Positions 1 through 9,483 of a stretch of 64,000 nt of DNA are shown piece after piece. Origin of the DNA: Verrucomicrobiota bacterium (lineage in GTDB: Bacteria; Verrucomicrobiota; Verrucomicrobiia; Palsa-1439); contig PLTX01000103.1 in assembly GCA_003164675.1 (NCBI GenBank), forward strand, positions 37,951 through 101,950. Reading direction: 5' to 3'. The stretch's first letter is position 1, and every line of letters starts with the position of its first letter. Under the pieces are notes generated by a model. It had not been told where the DNA came from and searched no databases. It worked only from the letters and a program-made list of their open reading frames with translations. Made by a program: the position numbers and the translations under genes.

Positions 1-656
1 GGATTCTTCTCCGCCGCCTCCGCCCGCTGTCCGTCATTGGCGATCAGCGCCTGTTGGAACGCCATGGCCGCCAGCGCCAGCGCCAGCGCCGCGACGAACG
101 CGTACCGCACGCCATGTTCCACGCCCCACACCGCGATGAACGTTCCGCCCAGCACCGGCCCGAGCATCTTCGGAATTCGCCGCACCAGTGATTGTACCGA
201 CACCCCCATCGTCCGTTTGTTCTTCGGGACAACCTGCGCGATCAATTCCATCGTCGCCGGCAACGATAACGCCGACCACGATATGAACAACGCCGCGCCG
301 ACAAGCACCGCCCACCAGGTGTGGACGAAAATCACGATCAGGTAACCGACCACGGAGACCAGGTTGAATACCAGCAACGCCCGCTTGTGGCCGAGGCGGT
401 CGGTCAGGTACCCGCCGGGAAACGAATAGAGCGCCGACAGGAAATCATCGAGCCACGCGAGCGCGCCGATGGCGAAAATCGCGGTCGCGCCCGCCGCCAG
501 CTTTTGGATGTACAGCGGCAGGAAGCGTTCGGCCATGTGTTCGCCCATGCCCACCAAAACGACCATCCCCAGCATTCCGACGACGCTCCGCCGTAAACCG
601 AGAAAATCGATCAGCCGTTTGCGCGGCAAGGCTGCCCGTTCTGGCGTGGGTGTCAT
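1..656 (-). CDS. MFS transporter (N-terminal part; gene continues beyond window start)
   Basis: Not in the ORF track because it runs off the window. Manual minus-strand translation from the ATG (complement of 654-656) gives MTPTPERAALPRKRLIDFLGLRRSVVGMLGMVVLVGMGEHMAERFLPLYIQ... It has several hydrophobic helices and an MFS motif-A-like loop, GGYLTDRLGHKR. Confidence 0.72.
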   Translation of the reverse strand, partial: MTPTPERAALPRKRLIDFLGLRRSVVGMLGMVVLVGMGEHMAERFLPLYIQKLAAGATAIFAIGALAWLDDFLSALYSFPGGYLTDRLGHKRALLVFNLVSVVGYLIVIFVHTWWAVLVGAALFISWSALSLPATMELIAQVVPKNKRTMGVSVQSLVRRIPKMLGPVLGGTFIAVWGVEHGVRYAFVAALALALAAMAFQQALIANDGQRAEAAEKN

Positions 657-748
657 TGCGTCCTGTTTAAGGCCCCTGTTCGAGAACCGCAAGAACCGGT
701 TTCGGCGCCACGATCCGGGACTTCCACCACGCACCTGCGCGGAGTATC

Positions 749-3103
749 TTGTCCTTCGGTTTGCGCCCAACCACGACAGAAGAAGCGAGCTACTCAATCC
801 GTTCCCGTTGGATCGGAGTTGCCTTCCTGCTGGGGCTGACCCTCTGCATGTTTGGCGACGTCTTGTTCACGAGCCGGCCCGTCGTGTTGTCGGACAGCGG
901 ATACGATCTCGCCTCTCAATTCATCTACTGGCGGACGTTTACGGCCGACCAACTCCGGCACGGGCATCTGCCCCTCTGGAATCCTCACGTCTACTGCGGT
1001 ATGCCGTATCTGGGCTGGGCCCAAACCGCCGTCTTGTATCCAACCAACTGGCTCGATCTCGTCTTGCCGCTCCCACGCTCCATCAATCTCGGGATCGCGC
1101 TCCACGTCTTTCTCGCGGGATTGTTCACCTACCTGTGGGGACTGCGTCGTGGACTGCATCCCGTTGCCGCGGTCGTGGCGGGAGCCTTGTTCATGTTCTC
1201 TGGCTCGTACTTTCTTCATGTCTACGCCGGGCACCTGTCGCTGTTGTACGCCATCGCGTGGACGCCTCTCGTGTTCGCTTCGGTTGATGAGTGGATTCGG
1301 ACACGCACATGGGCCTGGATTCTTGTTGGTATGGCAGCCATCACCATGCAGATATTCGCCGGCGATTTTCAGGCGTGTTTCTATACGGCAGTGGCGGCGG
1401 GGTTGCTGATGCTCTTTGGATTGATCGGTTCCCGGCACCGGACAACGGTTCTCCTGGGATTTTTGGGGATGTATGCCGGGGCCGCTGCGTTGGGTGCCGT
1501 CCAACTTTTGACCAGCCTTCAAGCCGCCTCCGAAAGCATCCGCGCCGGCGGAGTCACCTATAATTTCGCCTCGATGGTTTCTTTCGCTCCCGAGAACCTG
1601 CTTACCCTGTTGGCGCCGGGGTTCTTCGGCAATGGAATCGGCGCGCCGTACTGGGGACGTTGGTATCGGTGGGAAATGTGCTTGTTCGTCGGCGTGAGCG
1701 GACTGGCGTTGGCGGTTTATGGCGCCGCTTGTGGGAAACGCGAACTTCGGCGGGGACTGATTCCACTGCTGGCAATCATGTTGGTGCTGGCGTTGGGTGC
1801 GAATACTCCGCTGTTCAAGCTTCTCTATCGCTGGGTGCCGGGGTTTGATCGGTTTCGGGCCAACGCCAAGTTTGTCATCGAGGCATCACTCTTCATGGTT
1901 ATGTTGGCCGGAGCCGGTCTGGATCGCCTGCTCACCAATCCAAAGGGGAATAAATGGTTGGCTCTGGGCCTATTCGTCGCTGGCATCATTATTCTGTGTG
2001 CTGGGTTGCAACTTCGGTCGGCGACGCTCGCGCCGGAGCCGGCAAACTGGTGGTCCCGAACGATGCAGGCGGTTCACGCCACACAAGAATTGTATTTGCC
2101 GGCCGCGAGCTTTGCGGACCCGACGTTCGTAAGGCAAGCCGGTGAATTCGCCTCACGTTGTCTCTTTGTTGCAGCAGCGGAATTCCTCGTTCTGAGTGGA
2201 CTGGTGCTACTGGCCGGAGCTTCCCGATGGATTGTTTACATGGTGGCGCTTATGGCGATTGCCGAGGTCTTCGTCTTCGGCAGAACATCACTGGCCACGT
2301 TTGATCTGGCGTACACGGAAACGCCAAAACTGAAGGCTTTTCTCGACCAACGCCCGGGAGATTATCGCATCTTCTACCAGCGGATCCCCAACGTCGCCAT
2401 GTGGCTCGGCAAGGAAGACGTCTGGGGGTACGCGCCGCTCACGCTCAAACGCTACACGGAATTCATGGCGTTCACACAAGGGCAACCTCCGGAAGGGGCC
2501 AACCAATACGTTACGTTCTCGCGATTCCATCCGTTGTACGCGATGTTACGCTGGCGGTACGCCTTTCTCGCCAACAAGGATGGCGATCGGGTTGTGACCG
2601 CCGACGCGACCATGCCGCATCTTCAACTGGTGCAGAAATACAACGTGATCTCGGGTCGCGACCAGATTCTGCAAGCGATGGACTCCCCGTCGTTCGACCC
2701 GCGCCAACAAGTCATCCTCGAAACCGAGCCCAACCCTGCCCCTCAAACCTTCGCCGAGAAAGGGACGGTCACACTCATCGATTCATCCGCGAACCAACTT
2801 ACTGTCGAGGCCGACCTCCCGCATCCGGCAATTTTGTTGATCACGGACGCGCACAGCGACGGATGGCGGGTCCGTCCGTTGGACGGCAGTGTGCAGCACA
2901 CCTATGATGTCTTGCCCGCAAATTACGTGTTGCGGGCCATCCCGCTGTCACAAGGCCACCATCACATCCGAATCGAATACGCGCCGATCGGGTTTCGGGC
3001 GGGAACGTGGATATCCATCATGTCTCTGGCTGGCTTCGTCTTTGCGACCGTACTCTATGTGCGAAGAGGCCGGCTTCAGCCACGATCAGTTCTGGTTCCC
3101 TGA
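749..3103 (+). CDS. YfhO-like polytopic membrane protein (putative glycosyltransferase-type)
   Basis: 784-aa ORF with a TTG start at 749, so the start is uncertain. It has many TM helices. The N-terminal SQFIYWR...LPLWNPHVYCGMPY pattern resembles the YfhO family as recalled; not searched. Confidence 0.65.
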   Translation: MSFGLRPTTTEEASYSIRSRWIGVAFLLGLTLCMFGDVLFTSRPVVLSDSGYDLASQFIYWRTFTADQLRHGHLPLWNPHVYCGMPYLGWAQTAVLYPTNWLDLVLPLPRSINLGIALHVFLAGLFTYLWGLRRGLHPVAAVVAGALFMFSGSYFLHVYAGHLSLLYAIAWTPLVFASVDEWIRTRTWAWILVGMAAITMQIFAGDFQACFYTAVAAGLLMLFGLIGSRHRTTVLLGFLGMYAGAAALGAVQLLTSLQAASESIRAGGVTYNFASMVSFAPENLLTLLAPGFFGNGIGAPYWGRWYRWEMCLFVGVSGLALAVYGAACGKRELRRGLIPLLAIMLVLALGANTPLFKLLYRWVPGFDRFRANAKFVIEASLFMVMLAGAGLDRLLTNPKGNKWLALGLFVAGIIILCAGLQLRSATLAPEPANWWSRTMQAVHATQELYLPAASFADPTFVRQAGEFASRCLFVAAAEFLVLSGLVLLAGASRWIVYMVALMAIAEVFVFGRTSLATFDLAYTETPKLKAFLDQRPGDYRIFYQRIPNVAMWLGKEDVWGYAPLTLKRYTEFMAFTQGQPPEGANQYVTFSRFHPLYAMLRWRYAFLANKDGDRVVTADATMPHLQLVQKYNVISGRDQILQAMDSPSFDPRQQVILETEPNPAPQTFAEKGTVTLIDSSANQLTVEADLPHPAILLITDAHSDGWRVRPLDGSVQHTYDVLPANYVLRAIPLSQGHHHIRIEYAPIGFRAGTWISIMSLAGFVFATVLYVRRGRLQPRSVLVP

Positions 3104-4741
3104 CCGCTGCCGCTGCTCGCGCAATGCCATGGCCAGGTTGTGCTGGGCCTGGGCGTCATCCGGGTTGAGACGCGTGGCTTCGAAAAAGCGTTGTATGGCC
3201 TCTTCCAGTTTGCCCTGATGATAGAGAACGACACCAATCCCGTCCACTGCCTCCGCATATCGTGGATCAATCTCGAGGGCCGCGGCGAAATGCGTCAGGG
3301 CTTCCGTCTCCCGCCCCGCCTTCATCAACGCCAGGCCCCAGTCATATTGCACCTGCGCGAAATCCGGCTTCAACCGCAATGTCTCGGTAAACGCCGCGCC
3401 CGCCGCGTCGAGTTGTCCCGCAGTTGCCAACGCCAATCCCAAACCGTATCGCGCGTCGGGATTCGTCGGCGCTTTTTGTGCCGTGTCTCGCCAAATGGAA
3501 ACCTCGGTTCCATAATCCATGTTGCGTCGCATGGTGGTTGCTCCCAATGCGAGTCCAGCCAGCACCACCGTTCCCAAGCCGAGCCACTTCTTCGCCCCAC
3601 CCGTCCCGGGAAGCCTGTGGATTGTCGCGTACCCTGCGCACACGATCACCGCGACCACCGCCATGAGCGGGAGATACATTCGGTGCTCAAATACGGGATG
3701 CAGCAGCGGAATCACAGACGACGTCGGCGCCAACGTGATAAAAAACCACGCGCCAAGAAATCCCACGGCGCGCTTTCGGGTCAGCAACCACGCCGTGACG
3801 ATCAGCAAAATGGCCGTCACCCCGCACTGGATCCACAACAGTAACTCTGCTGGTGGTTGTGGACGGCCGTACAGCAGGCACAAGCGGTCAGGCCACAGGC
3901 TCAGGCGCAAATAATGGAGAATGACTCCGGGCTGCAACTTCGCATAATCAAGCCACGTGATCGCGTGGCTGCCGTACATCACGCCCGCGCTCCCCATCCA
4001 TTCTTGTTTGCCGGCGGAGAGGAAGACGGCGGCCAGCAACCAACTGGCCATCAGCCCGACATAAAGCCGCCAGCGCCTGCGCCATGGTTCCGACCATGCC
4101 GGCGCGAGAAATGTCCAATCGTACGCCAGCACCAACACGGGAACCACCAGCGCCGCCGGTTTCGACCCCACAGCCAGCGCGCAGGCAAGTATGGCCGGAA
4201 AGTTCCATGTGGCTGCCCGTTCCGTTGTCGCCCCGCGGATGACGCAGTACAGGGTAAACACAGCAAACAATCCCGCCATACTTTCCGAGCGTTGGATCAC
4301 GTAGGTCACGCTCTCCGTATCGAGCGGATGCAACGCCCAGAGCAGAGCCACGGCGAATCCCACCCCGTCCGCCGCATCACCAAAAATCGGAGCGAGTTTT
4401 TCCATCCGCAACGTCCGTCGCACCACCCCGAACAAAACAAGCGCGGTCAATGCATGAATCAGATTGTTGACGAGGTGGTATCCAACCACATTCAGACCGC
4501 CCATGGCATAGTTGAGCGCCAGGCTCCATTGCACGACCGGGCGTGACGTGTTCAGGAACGGCATCCATGGCGGCCAGAGAGCGTGGATGTTTTGGTTCTT
4601 CAGAACCCACGGAACGTCATCGAGGATGAAAGCGGCGTGCCAGTTGTTGCCGTAGACAACCAGCGCCGTCACAAACAACAACGCCGCCAGCCAACACGTC
4701 CCAAACCTGGATTCTTCCGATTTCATCGCAAACTGACGCAT
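3086..4741 (-). CDS. membrane protein with C-terminal TPR repeats (TMTC/PMT-like architecture)
   Basis: 551-aa ORF with a polytopic N-terminal domain followed by TPR-like repeats (YGLGLALATAGQLDAAGAAFTETLRLKPDFAQVQYDWGLALMKAGRETEAL...). It converges on the previous gene with an 18-bp overlap. Confidence 0.65.
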   Translation of the reverse strand: MRQFAMKSEESRFGTCWLAALLFVTALVVYGNNWHAAFILDDVPWVLKNQNIHALWPPWMPFLNTSRPVVQWSLALNYAMGGLNVVGYHLVNNLIHALTALVLFGVVRRTLRMEKLAPIFGDAADGVGFAVALLWALHPLDTESVTYVIQRSESMAGLFAVFTLYCVIRGATTERAATWNFPAILACALAVGSKPAALVVPVLVLAYDWTFLAPAWSEPWRRRWRLYVGLMASWLLAAVFLSAGKQEWMGSAGVMYGSHAITWLDYAKLQPGVILHYLRLSLWPDRLCLLYGRPQPPAELLLWIQCGVTAILLIVTAWLLTRKRAVGFLGAWFFITLAPTSSVIPLLHPVFEHRMYLPLMAVVAVIVCAGYATIHRLPGTGGAKKWLGLGTVVLAGLALGATTMRRNMDYGTEVSIWRDTAQKAPTNPDARYGLGLALATAGQLDAAGAAFTETLRLKPDFAQVQYDWGLALMKAGRETEALTHFAAALEIDPRYAEAVDGIGVVLYHQGKLEEAIQRFFEATRLNPDDAQAQHNLAMALREQRQRSGNQN

Positions 4742-4874
4742 CTTGAATCCTCAGCGAATCGTAACGGCGCGCGGCCCGCGTTGCGAAGAGAAAATTCGGT
4801 TGCAACCCTCTCCGCAAGGCTTAGAATCACGACTCCCGCCCAACATGGCCGGGTTTTTGGCGAAAGGTATTCCG

Positions 4875-5981
4875 ATGAAATCTTACAACGTGGCAGTTAT
4901 CGGCGGCGACGGCACGGGGCCCGAGGTCGTTCGGGAAGCGATCAAGGTGCTCGACGTCGCGTCGAAGAAATTCGACATCAAGCTCAACTACACAAACTAC
5001 GATTTTGGTGGCGACCGCTACCTGCGCACCAAGGAAGTGCTGCCGGAAAGCGCGGTCAGCGAATTGCGCAAGTTCCCCGTCGTCCTCCTCGGCGCCATCG
5101 GCCATCCCGATGTGAAGCCCGGCATCCTGGAGAAAGGCATCTTGTTGCGGTTGCGCTTCGAGATGGAACAGTACATCAACCTTCGCCCCGTGAAACTGTA
5201 CGATGAGCGCTTCTGTCCATTGAAGGGCAAGGGACCGAACGACATTGATTTTGTCGTGATTCGCGAAAACAACGAAGGCCTCTACACGGGCAGCGGCGGG
5301 TTCGTGTTCAAGGGCACGCCGAACGAGATCGCCGTGCAGGAAAGCATCAACACCCGTCGCGGTGTGGAACGCTGCCTGCGCTATGCGTTCGAGCTCGCGC
5401 GTAAACGCCACGGCGGCAAGCCGTGGAAGGGCCTGAAACCCGAGGACGTCAAAGACGGCAAGAAGGCTCAGCTCACCTTGTGCGGCAAGACCAACGTGCT
5501 CACCTACGCATTCGACCTCTGGGAACGCGCGTTCCATGAAACCGGTCAAAAAGAATATCCCGACATCAAACGCGATTACGCCCACGTCGACGCCACGACC
5601 ATGTGGTTCGTGAAGAATCCCGAGTGGTTCGATGTGATCGTGACCGACAACCTGTTCGGCGACATCATCACTGACCTCGGCGCGATGATCCAGGGCGGCA
5701 TGGGCATCGCCGCGGGCGGCAACATCAATCCCGAGGGCACCAGCATGTTCGAACCGATCGGCGGCAGCGCGCCGAAATATACCGGCAAGAACGTCATCAA
5801 CCCGCTCGCCGCAATCTGCGCCGGCGGTCTCATGCTCGATTTCCTAGGAGAGACCAAGGCGGCGCAGGCCATCGAAAACGCCGTCATCAAAACCGTCCGC
5901 GAAAAGCTCAAGTCCCTTGCCGCCGGCAAGATGGGCTACGGCACGAACGAAGTCGGCGATCTGGTCGCGGCAGCCGTATAG
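4875..5981 (+). CDS. isocitrate/isopropylmalate dehydrogenase family oxidoreductase (3-isopropylmalate or tartrate dehydrogenase-like)
   Basis: Start moved to the ATG at 4875 ([19 protein letters not shown]). Family motifs present: [12 protein letters not shown] and [12 protein letters not shown]. Confidence 0.85.
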   Translation: MKSYNVAVIGGDGTGPEVVREAIKVLDVASKKFDIKLNYTNYDFGGDRYLRTKEVLPESAVSELRKFPVVLLGAIGHPDVKPGILEKGILLRLRFEMEQYINLRPVKLYDERFCPLKGKGPNDIDFVVIRENNEGLYTGSGGFVFKGTPNEIAVQESINTRRGVERCLRYAFELARKRHGGKPWKGLKPEDVKDGKKAQLTLCGKTNVLTYAFDLWERAFHETGQKEYPDIKRDYAHVDATTMWFVKNPEWFDVIVTDNLFGDIITDLGAMIQGGMGIAAGGNINPEGTSMFEPIGGSAPKYTGKNVINPLAAICAGGLMLDFLGETKAAQAIENAVIKTVREKLKSLAAGKMGYGTNEVGDLVAAAV

Positions 5982-6008
5982 CGCTGCTTTTGCTGTTCGA
6001 TTATTTGC

Positions 6009-6911
6009 TCAACTGGCTACTCGCGCTGTTTCCCACCCGATGATGGCCTGTTTGCGTTCCCGGCCCCAGCGGTAGCCCCCGATGACGCCGAGGCTGCGGA
6101 TGACGCGATGGCAGGGGATCAGGTAGGCGATGGGATTGCGGCCCACAGCGGAACCAACGGCTCGGCTTGCTGTGGGCGCCCCGATCTTCGCGGCCAGATC
6201 GCCGTATTTCGCCAGTCTACCGGAAGGAATCGTCACCAGTGCCTGCCACACCTTCAGTTGGAAATTGGTCCCGCGCAGATGCAGATGAAAGGGTGAGCCA
6301 CCCTGGCCAATTGCGCGGCTGAAGATTCGTCGGCAAATCTCGACGGTTTCATGGCCATCGTTTATGAACTCGGCGGCGGGCCAGTCGTCGCGTAATCCCC
6401 GAAGCGCCGACGGCCTCGACGGTGTGGACAGGAATCGAAGGGCGCAAATGCCGCGCTCGGTTTTGGCCAACAGGCATTCACCAAACGGAGTCGGATGAAA
6501 TCCATACTCGATGGTCACGCCTTCTCCGCAAAGCTTGTATTCGCCGGGTGTCACCGCCTCGCAGGAAACGAACAGATCGTGCAACCGTCCGGTGCCGGAA
6601 AGACCCGATTCGTAGGTGGCATCAAGAAGACTTCTCGAATCCTGAAGAAGCGCCTTCGCGTGTTCCTTGGCCAGATACTGAAGAAACCGCTTCGGGCTGG
6701 TGCCGGCCCATCGTTGAAACAATCGCTCGAAATGGAACGGGCTGAGGTGAATGTGCGCCGCGATCTCGTCGAGCGTCGGACGGCGGAGATAATGCGTGTT
6801 GAGGAAGCGCAGGGCGCGTTCGATCCTCGCGTAGTCCATCGCCGCTTGCGAAAACGGCTCGGCTTCGTTCCCGATTGTGGTTTCTGGCAACGCGGCTTCC
6901 ATAACTGGCAA
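6009..6911 (-). CDS. ada: AraC-type HTH fused to O6-alkylguanine-DNA methyltransferase (Ada-like regulator/repair protein)
   Basis: N-terminal AraC HTH (LDEIAAHIHLSPFHFERLFQRWAGTSPKRFLQYL) and a C-terminal MGMT active-site motif, IPCHRVI. Confidence 0.85.
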   Translation of the reverse strand: MPVMEAALPETTIGNEAEPFSQAAMDYARIERALRFLNTHYLRRPTLDEIAAHIHLSPFHFERLFQRWAGTSPKRFLQYLAKEHAKALLQDSRSLLDATYESGLSGTGRLHDLFVSCEAVTPGEYKLCGEGVTIEYGFHPTPFGECLLAKTERGICALRFLSTPSRPSALRGLRDDWPAAEFINDGHETVEICRRIFSRAIGQGGSPFHLHLRGTNFQLKVWQALVTIPSGRLAKYGDLAAKIGAPTASRAVGSAVGRNPIAYLIPCHRVIRSLGVIGGYRWGRERKQAIIGWETARVAS

Positions 6912-7057
6912 AACACTAACCCGACCTTCGCTTGCCGGCGACCCGTTTCTTGCTGAGTTTTAGTTGGCTGGGTTTCACCGTCCTGCGACGGGCTCCGTCG
7001 TGTGGCATGGCTGGCCTCTCGACAATGCGCCAGCGTGCGAGCTATAAGAATGTTCGT

Positions 7058-7276
7058 ATGCAACTCACGGCGGGAAAAGCCCTGATCTTCCGCATTACGC
7101 ACATCGACAACATGCCTTGGATTCTGGCGCACGACTCCACAGCCGAAGATCGGGTAACCGTGCGGAAACTTTTGGAGTGGTCGTCCGCAGCGGATAGAGT
7201 TAATCCTGTGAAGACATATTGGGTCCGAGGTGGTAAAGAACGGGCCCTAATGAATCGAGGTGTCTATGCCTGCTGA
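7058..7276 (+). pseudogene. DarT (DUF4433)-like N-terminal stub
   Basis: MQLTAGKALIFRITHIDNMPWIL matches the characteristic IYHITHIDNLxxIL N-terminus of DarT DNA ADP-ribosyltransferases, as recalled. Similarity is lost after about 25 aa. The ORF ends at the TGA at 7274-7276, in the same frame as the downstream CHAT-like ORF. Confidence 0.3.
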
Positions 7277-7339
7277 ATCGATAAGCAAGCAACCGTCAGA
7301 AACCTCGGGTTCCACACCGAACATTTTCCGTATGATATC

Positions 7340-8290
7340 TTGCACATTTCGAGCCACGGAGGAGAGGTCGCGGGGTGCGCCGTGAAGGAGACGTTTGCCG
7401 ATAGGAACGGCGGTAGGCACGTAGTCGAGTACGATGAGGTAGTAGGATTCTCTCCCGTTCCGGGTGAGGATGTTGTGGAAATTCACCGGAAGGCGATCTT
7501 TAGGCGCTTCGATGGCTTCAAATGGATGAGCCCAGAATTAGATAGACAGAAGATCCCTCAGTATGTGTACGAGGATCTGCGGAAGATTCTGGCCAAGAAA
7601 AAGCTGACGAGCAAGTCCATCCAACGGGAAAGGAAGGGTAGAATCCCGTTTTCGTGCGCGATCTTGTGTAGCGACAGTATCCACCAAGGGTTGTTTAGGA
7701 CACTTGCTTCCCACAGTTCCCCGTTTGTTTTCAATAATACCTGCTGGTCTTGGTCTGAGGTGTCGGCGTTCTTCTTAGCGCAGGGGGCAAGGGGATACAT
7801 CGGGACGCTGTGGAACATTCACAATGATGTTGCCATCACTGGCGCACAAACATTTTACGAAAACGTTTTTGGCTCTACGATCTTGGACGCTTTTCACAAG
7901 GCCACGCAGGCCATCAAATCCAGTAGTGACAAAGATGTCTACATTCTTTGGGGTCTACACTTCAGCACGCTCTCTGCCGCCTCGAATTACAGCCAAAGTC
8001 GCCAAAAGGTTTTTCGTGAGCTCGTGCGGGCACTGTTTTCATGGATGGAGCATGCGAGAAAGACCAGAAGTAGGGAGGTCAGAGCAAATTCCATCGAGAT
8101 CATCAAGGCGCTGCGGGAAGAGATCGTCAGCAATTTTCAGCCGGATGACTTGGAAAATTTGGGCGCCGAGCTCCGAGAGCAAGCGAAAGGCGCCCTCAAG
8201 AGCAGGTACCCGAGCGATTCCGAGGCTGGCGCAGGCACGGAGGTCCAAAGATCTATCGACTATCCTGCCGAATTCAGGAAGATGAGTTAG
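7340..8290 (+). CDS. CHAT/caspase-like protease core, probably 5'-truncated or disrupted
   Basis: YDILHISSHG (His motif; the YDI residues lie upstream of the first usable start, TTG at 7340). PFVFNNTCWSW (Cys motif). GARGYIGTLWNIHNDVAITGAQTFYENVF matches the CHAT C-terminal signature. This patch is lower in GC. Confidence 0.5.
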   Translation: MHISSHGGEVAGCAVKETFADRNGGRHVVEYDEVVGFSPVPGEDVVEIHRKAIFRRFDGFKWMSPELDRQKIPQYVYEDLRKILAKKKLTSKSIQRERKGRIPFSCAILCSDSIHQGLFRTLASHSSPFVFNNTCWSWSEVSAFFLAQGARGYIGTLWNIHNDVAITGAQTFYENVFGSTILDAFHKATQAIKSSSDKDVYILWGLHFSTLSAASNYSQSRQKVFRELVRALFSWMEHARKTRSREVRANSIEIIKALREEIVSNFQPDDLENLGAELREQAKGALKSRYPSDSEAGAGTEVQRSIDYPAEFRKMS

Positions 8291-8375
8291 CCCGTCCACG
8301 CCTAAATTGAAATCAGATCCAATCATTGACACACTCTTCGACGAGCTACCTCCCCGCGTTCCCCTCCGTGCCGTG

Positions 8376-8935
8376 CTAAGGGTTTAGCACCCGACACCGA
8401 AACCGACCTGGCCGCTCGATTCGGGGATTCAGTGCTGCTTGCCGCCTTCCCATTGACAGCCCAACCGTCGCGCCGCGGTCCGCCTTCGCTGAAGCTATGG
8501 CGAGACAGGCGGGATGGAACGGTTCGCGGTTAAAGTTCTCCGTTCGCGGTTCGGGGGGCGACGTTTGGTGGAATGGGGATGCGTGGTCGGTAGACCATCG
8601 CACGACCCGGAGCGCCGCGTGGGGGCATCCGCCTTCGCTGAGCCCGCCACGGCGGGTAAAGCTACGGCGAGACGAGCGGCGGCCGACAACCTGGGAGGGG
8701 GGGGCCCTCCTTCGCACAAGGCTACGGAGGACAAGGCGGCGCGACGGGAGGAGGGGACGACCGCAAGCGGGGACGCTGAAAAGAACTCGGGGCAGGCGGC
8801 GGACGGCGGGATACCCCGAGACGACACGGGGCATCGCGCCCTACAACCCGGGAGTGGGGGGGAGCGGGGCGCGCCAGCAGCAGCGGCTCACCGGGAGGTT
8901 CGCCCTCCAAACGGCGGGGATTCCTATCGGTAGGG
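8376..8935. repeat. cluster of GC-rich interspersed repeat units
   Basis: Three related units: CCGCCTTCGCTGAAGCTATGGCGAGACAGGCGG (about 8480-8513), CCGCCTTCGCTGAGCCCGCCACGGCGGGTAAAGCTACGGCGAGACGAGCGGCGG (about 8629-8682) and CCTCCTTCGCACAAGGCTACGGAGGACAAGGCGGCG (about 8706-8741). Also a short direct repeat GTTCGCGGT x2 (about 8522-8550). ORFs here are compositional artefacts on both strands. Confidence 0.6.
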
Positions 8936-9224
8936 CGATAATTTGCATTGACAGGGGTGACGGAGTGGGCATACGATAACGCGTAATTATGTGAATAGTT
9001 GTTTGCTGGAGGGTATGAAGGACGTTCTTTGAAATAGGGATGGAAGGGGCGATCAGCGGTCGACCTTGCGGGGACGGTTCAGTCCCGGGAGTGCGCGGCG
9101 GGGCCGCGACTCGGAACGCCGATACGGAATCGGGGCAGGTCGGGGTGAAAGACCGGCGCGCAACCAGAAGGCTCACCACGAGGTCACGAAGATCGGGAGG
9201 GGGGAAGAGACTCGTATAATATGT

Positions 9225-9358
9225 TTTTGGCAAAACAAAGCCAAGCTTTTCGGCCACGTGCGCTTGTGGATATGGCTGAACTGCATCTGGTTGCATTGCC
9301 AAATGGGCCAGAATGTCTCGTGGGTTTGTTTTGCCGGAAATGGGTTTGTTTTGGGGAT
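9225..9358 (-). repeat. about 135-bp noncoding element, copy A (two tandem CAAAACRAASCC half-sites plus one inverted half-site)
   Basis: Minus strand reads CCCCAAAACAAACCCATTTCCGGCAAAACAAACCCACGAGACA...TTGGCTTTGTTTTGCC. It can be aligned by eye along its whole length with 41809-41940. Confidence 0.55.
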
Positions 9359-9483
9359 CTGCGAGGCCCGGAGGGGCTGTTTGGGGCCCGTTTCCGTCGG
9401 GTTTTTGGGGCTCTCCGTTGGCGTGCTTGCGCTTGGGCTCAACATGAGTATACTTGTCGTTCCCCGTTAAGCAGGAGTTTGTT

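Noticed and set aside
7274-7276. TGA recoding (Sec/Trp/Gly) joining the DarT-like and CHAT-like ORFs.
   Set aside because: TGA clearly functions as a stop for many well-supported genes in this window, and no SECIS-like hairpin is evident immediately downstream. A nonsense mutation is the simpler explanation.
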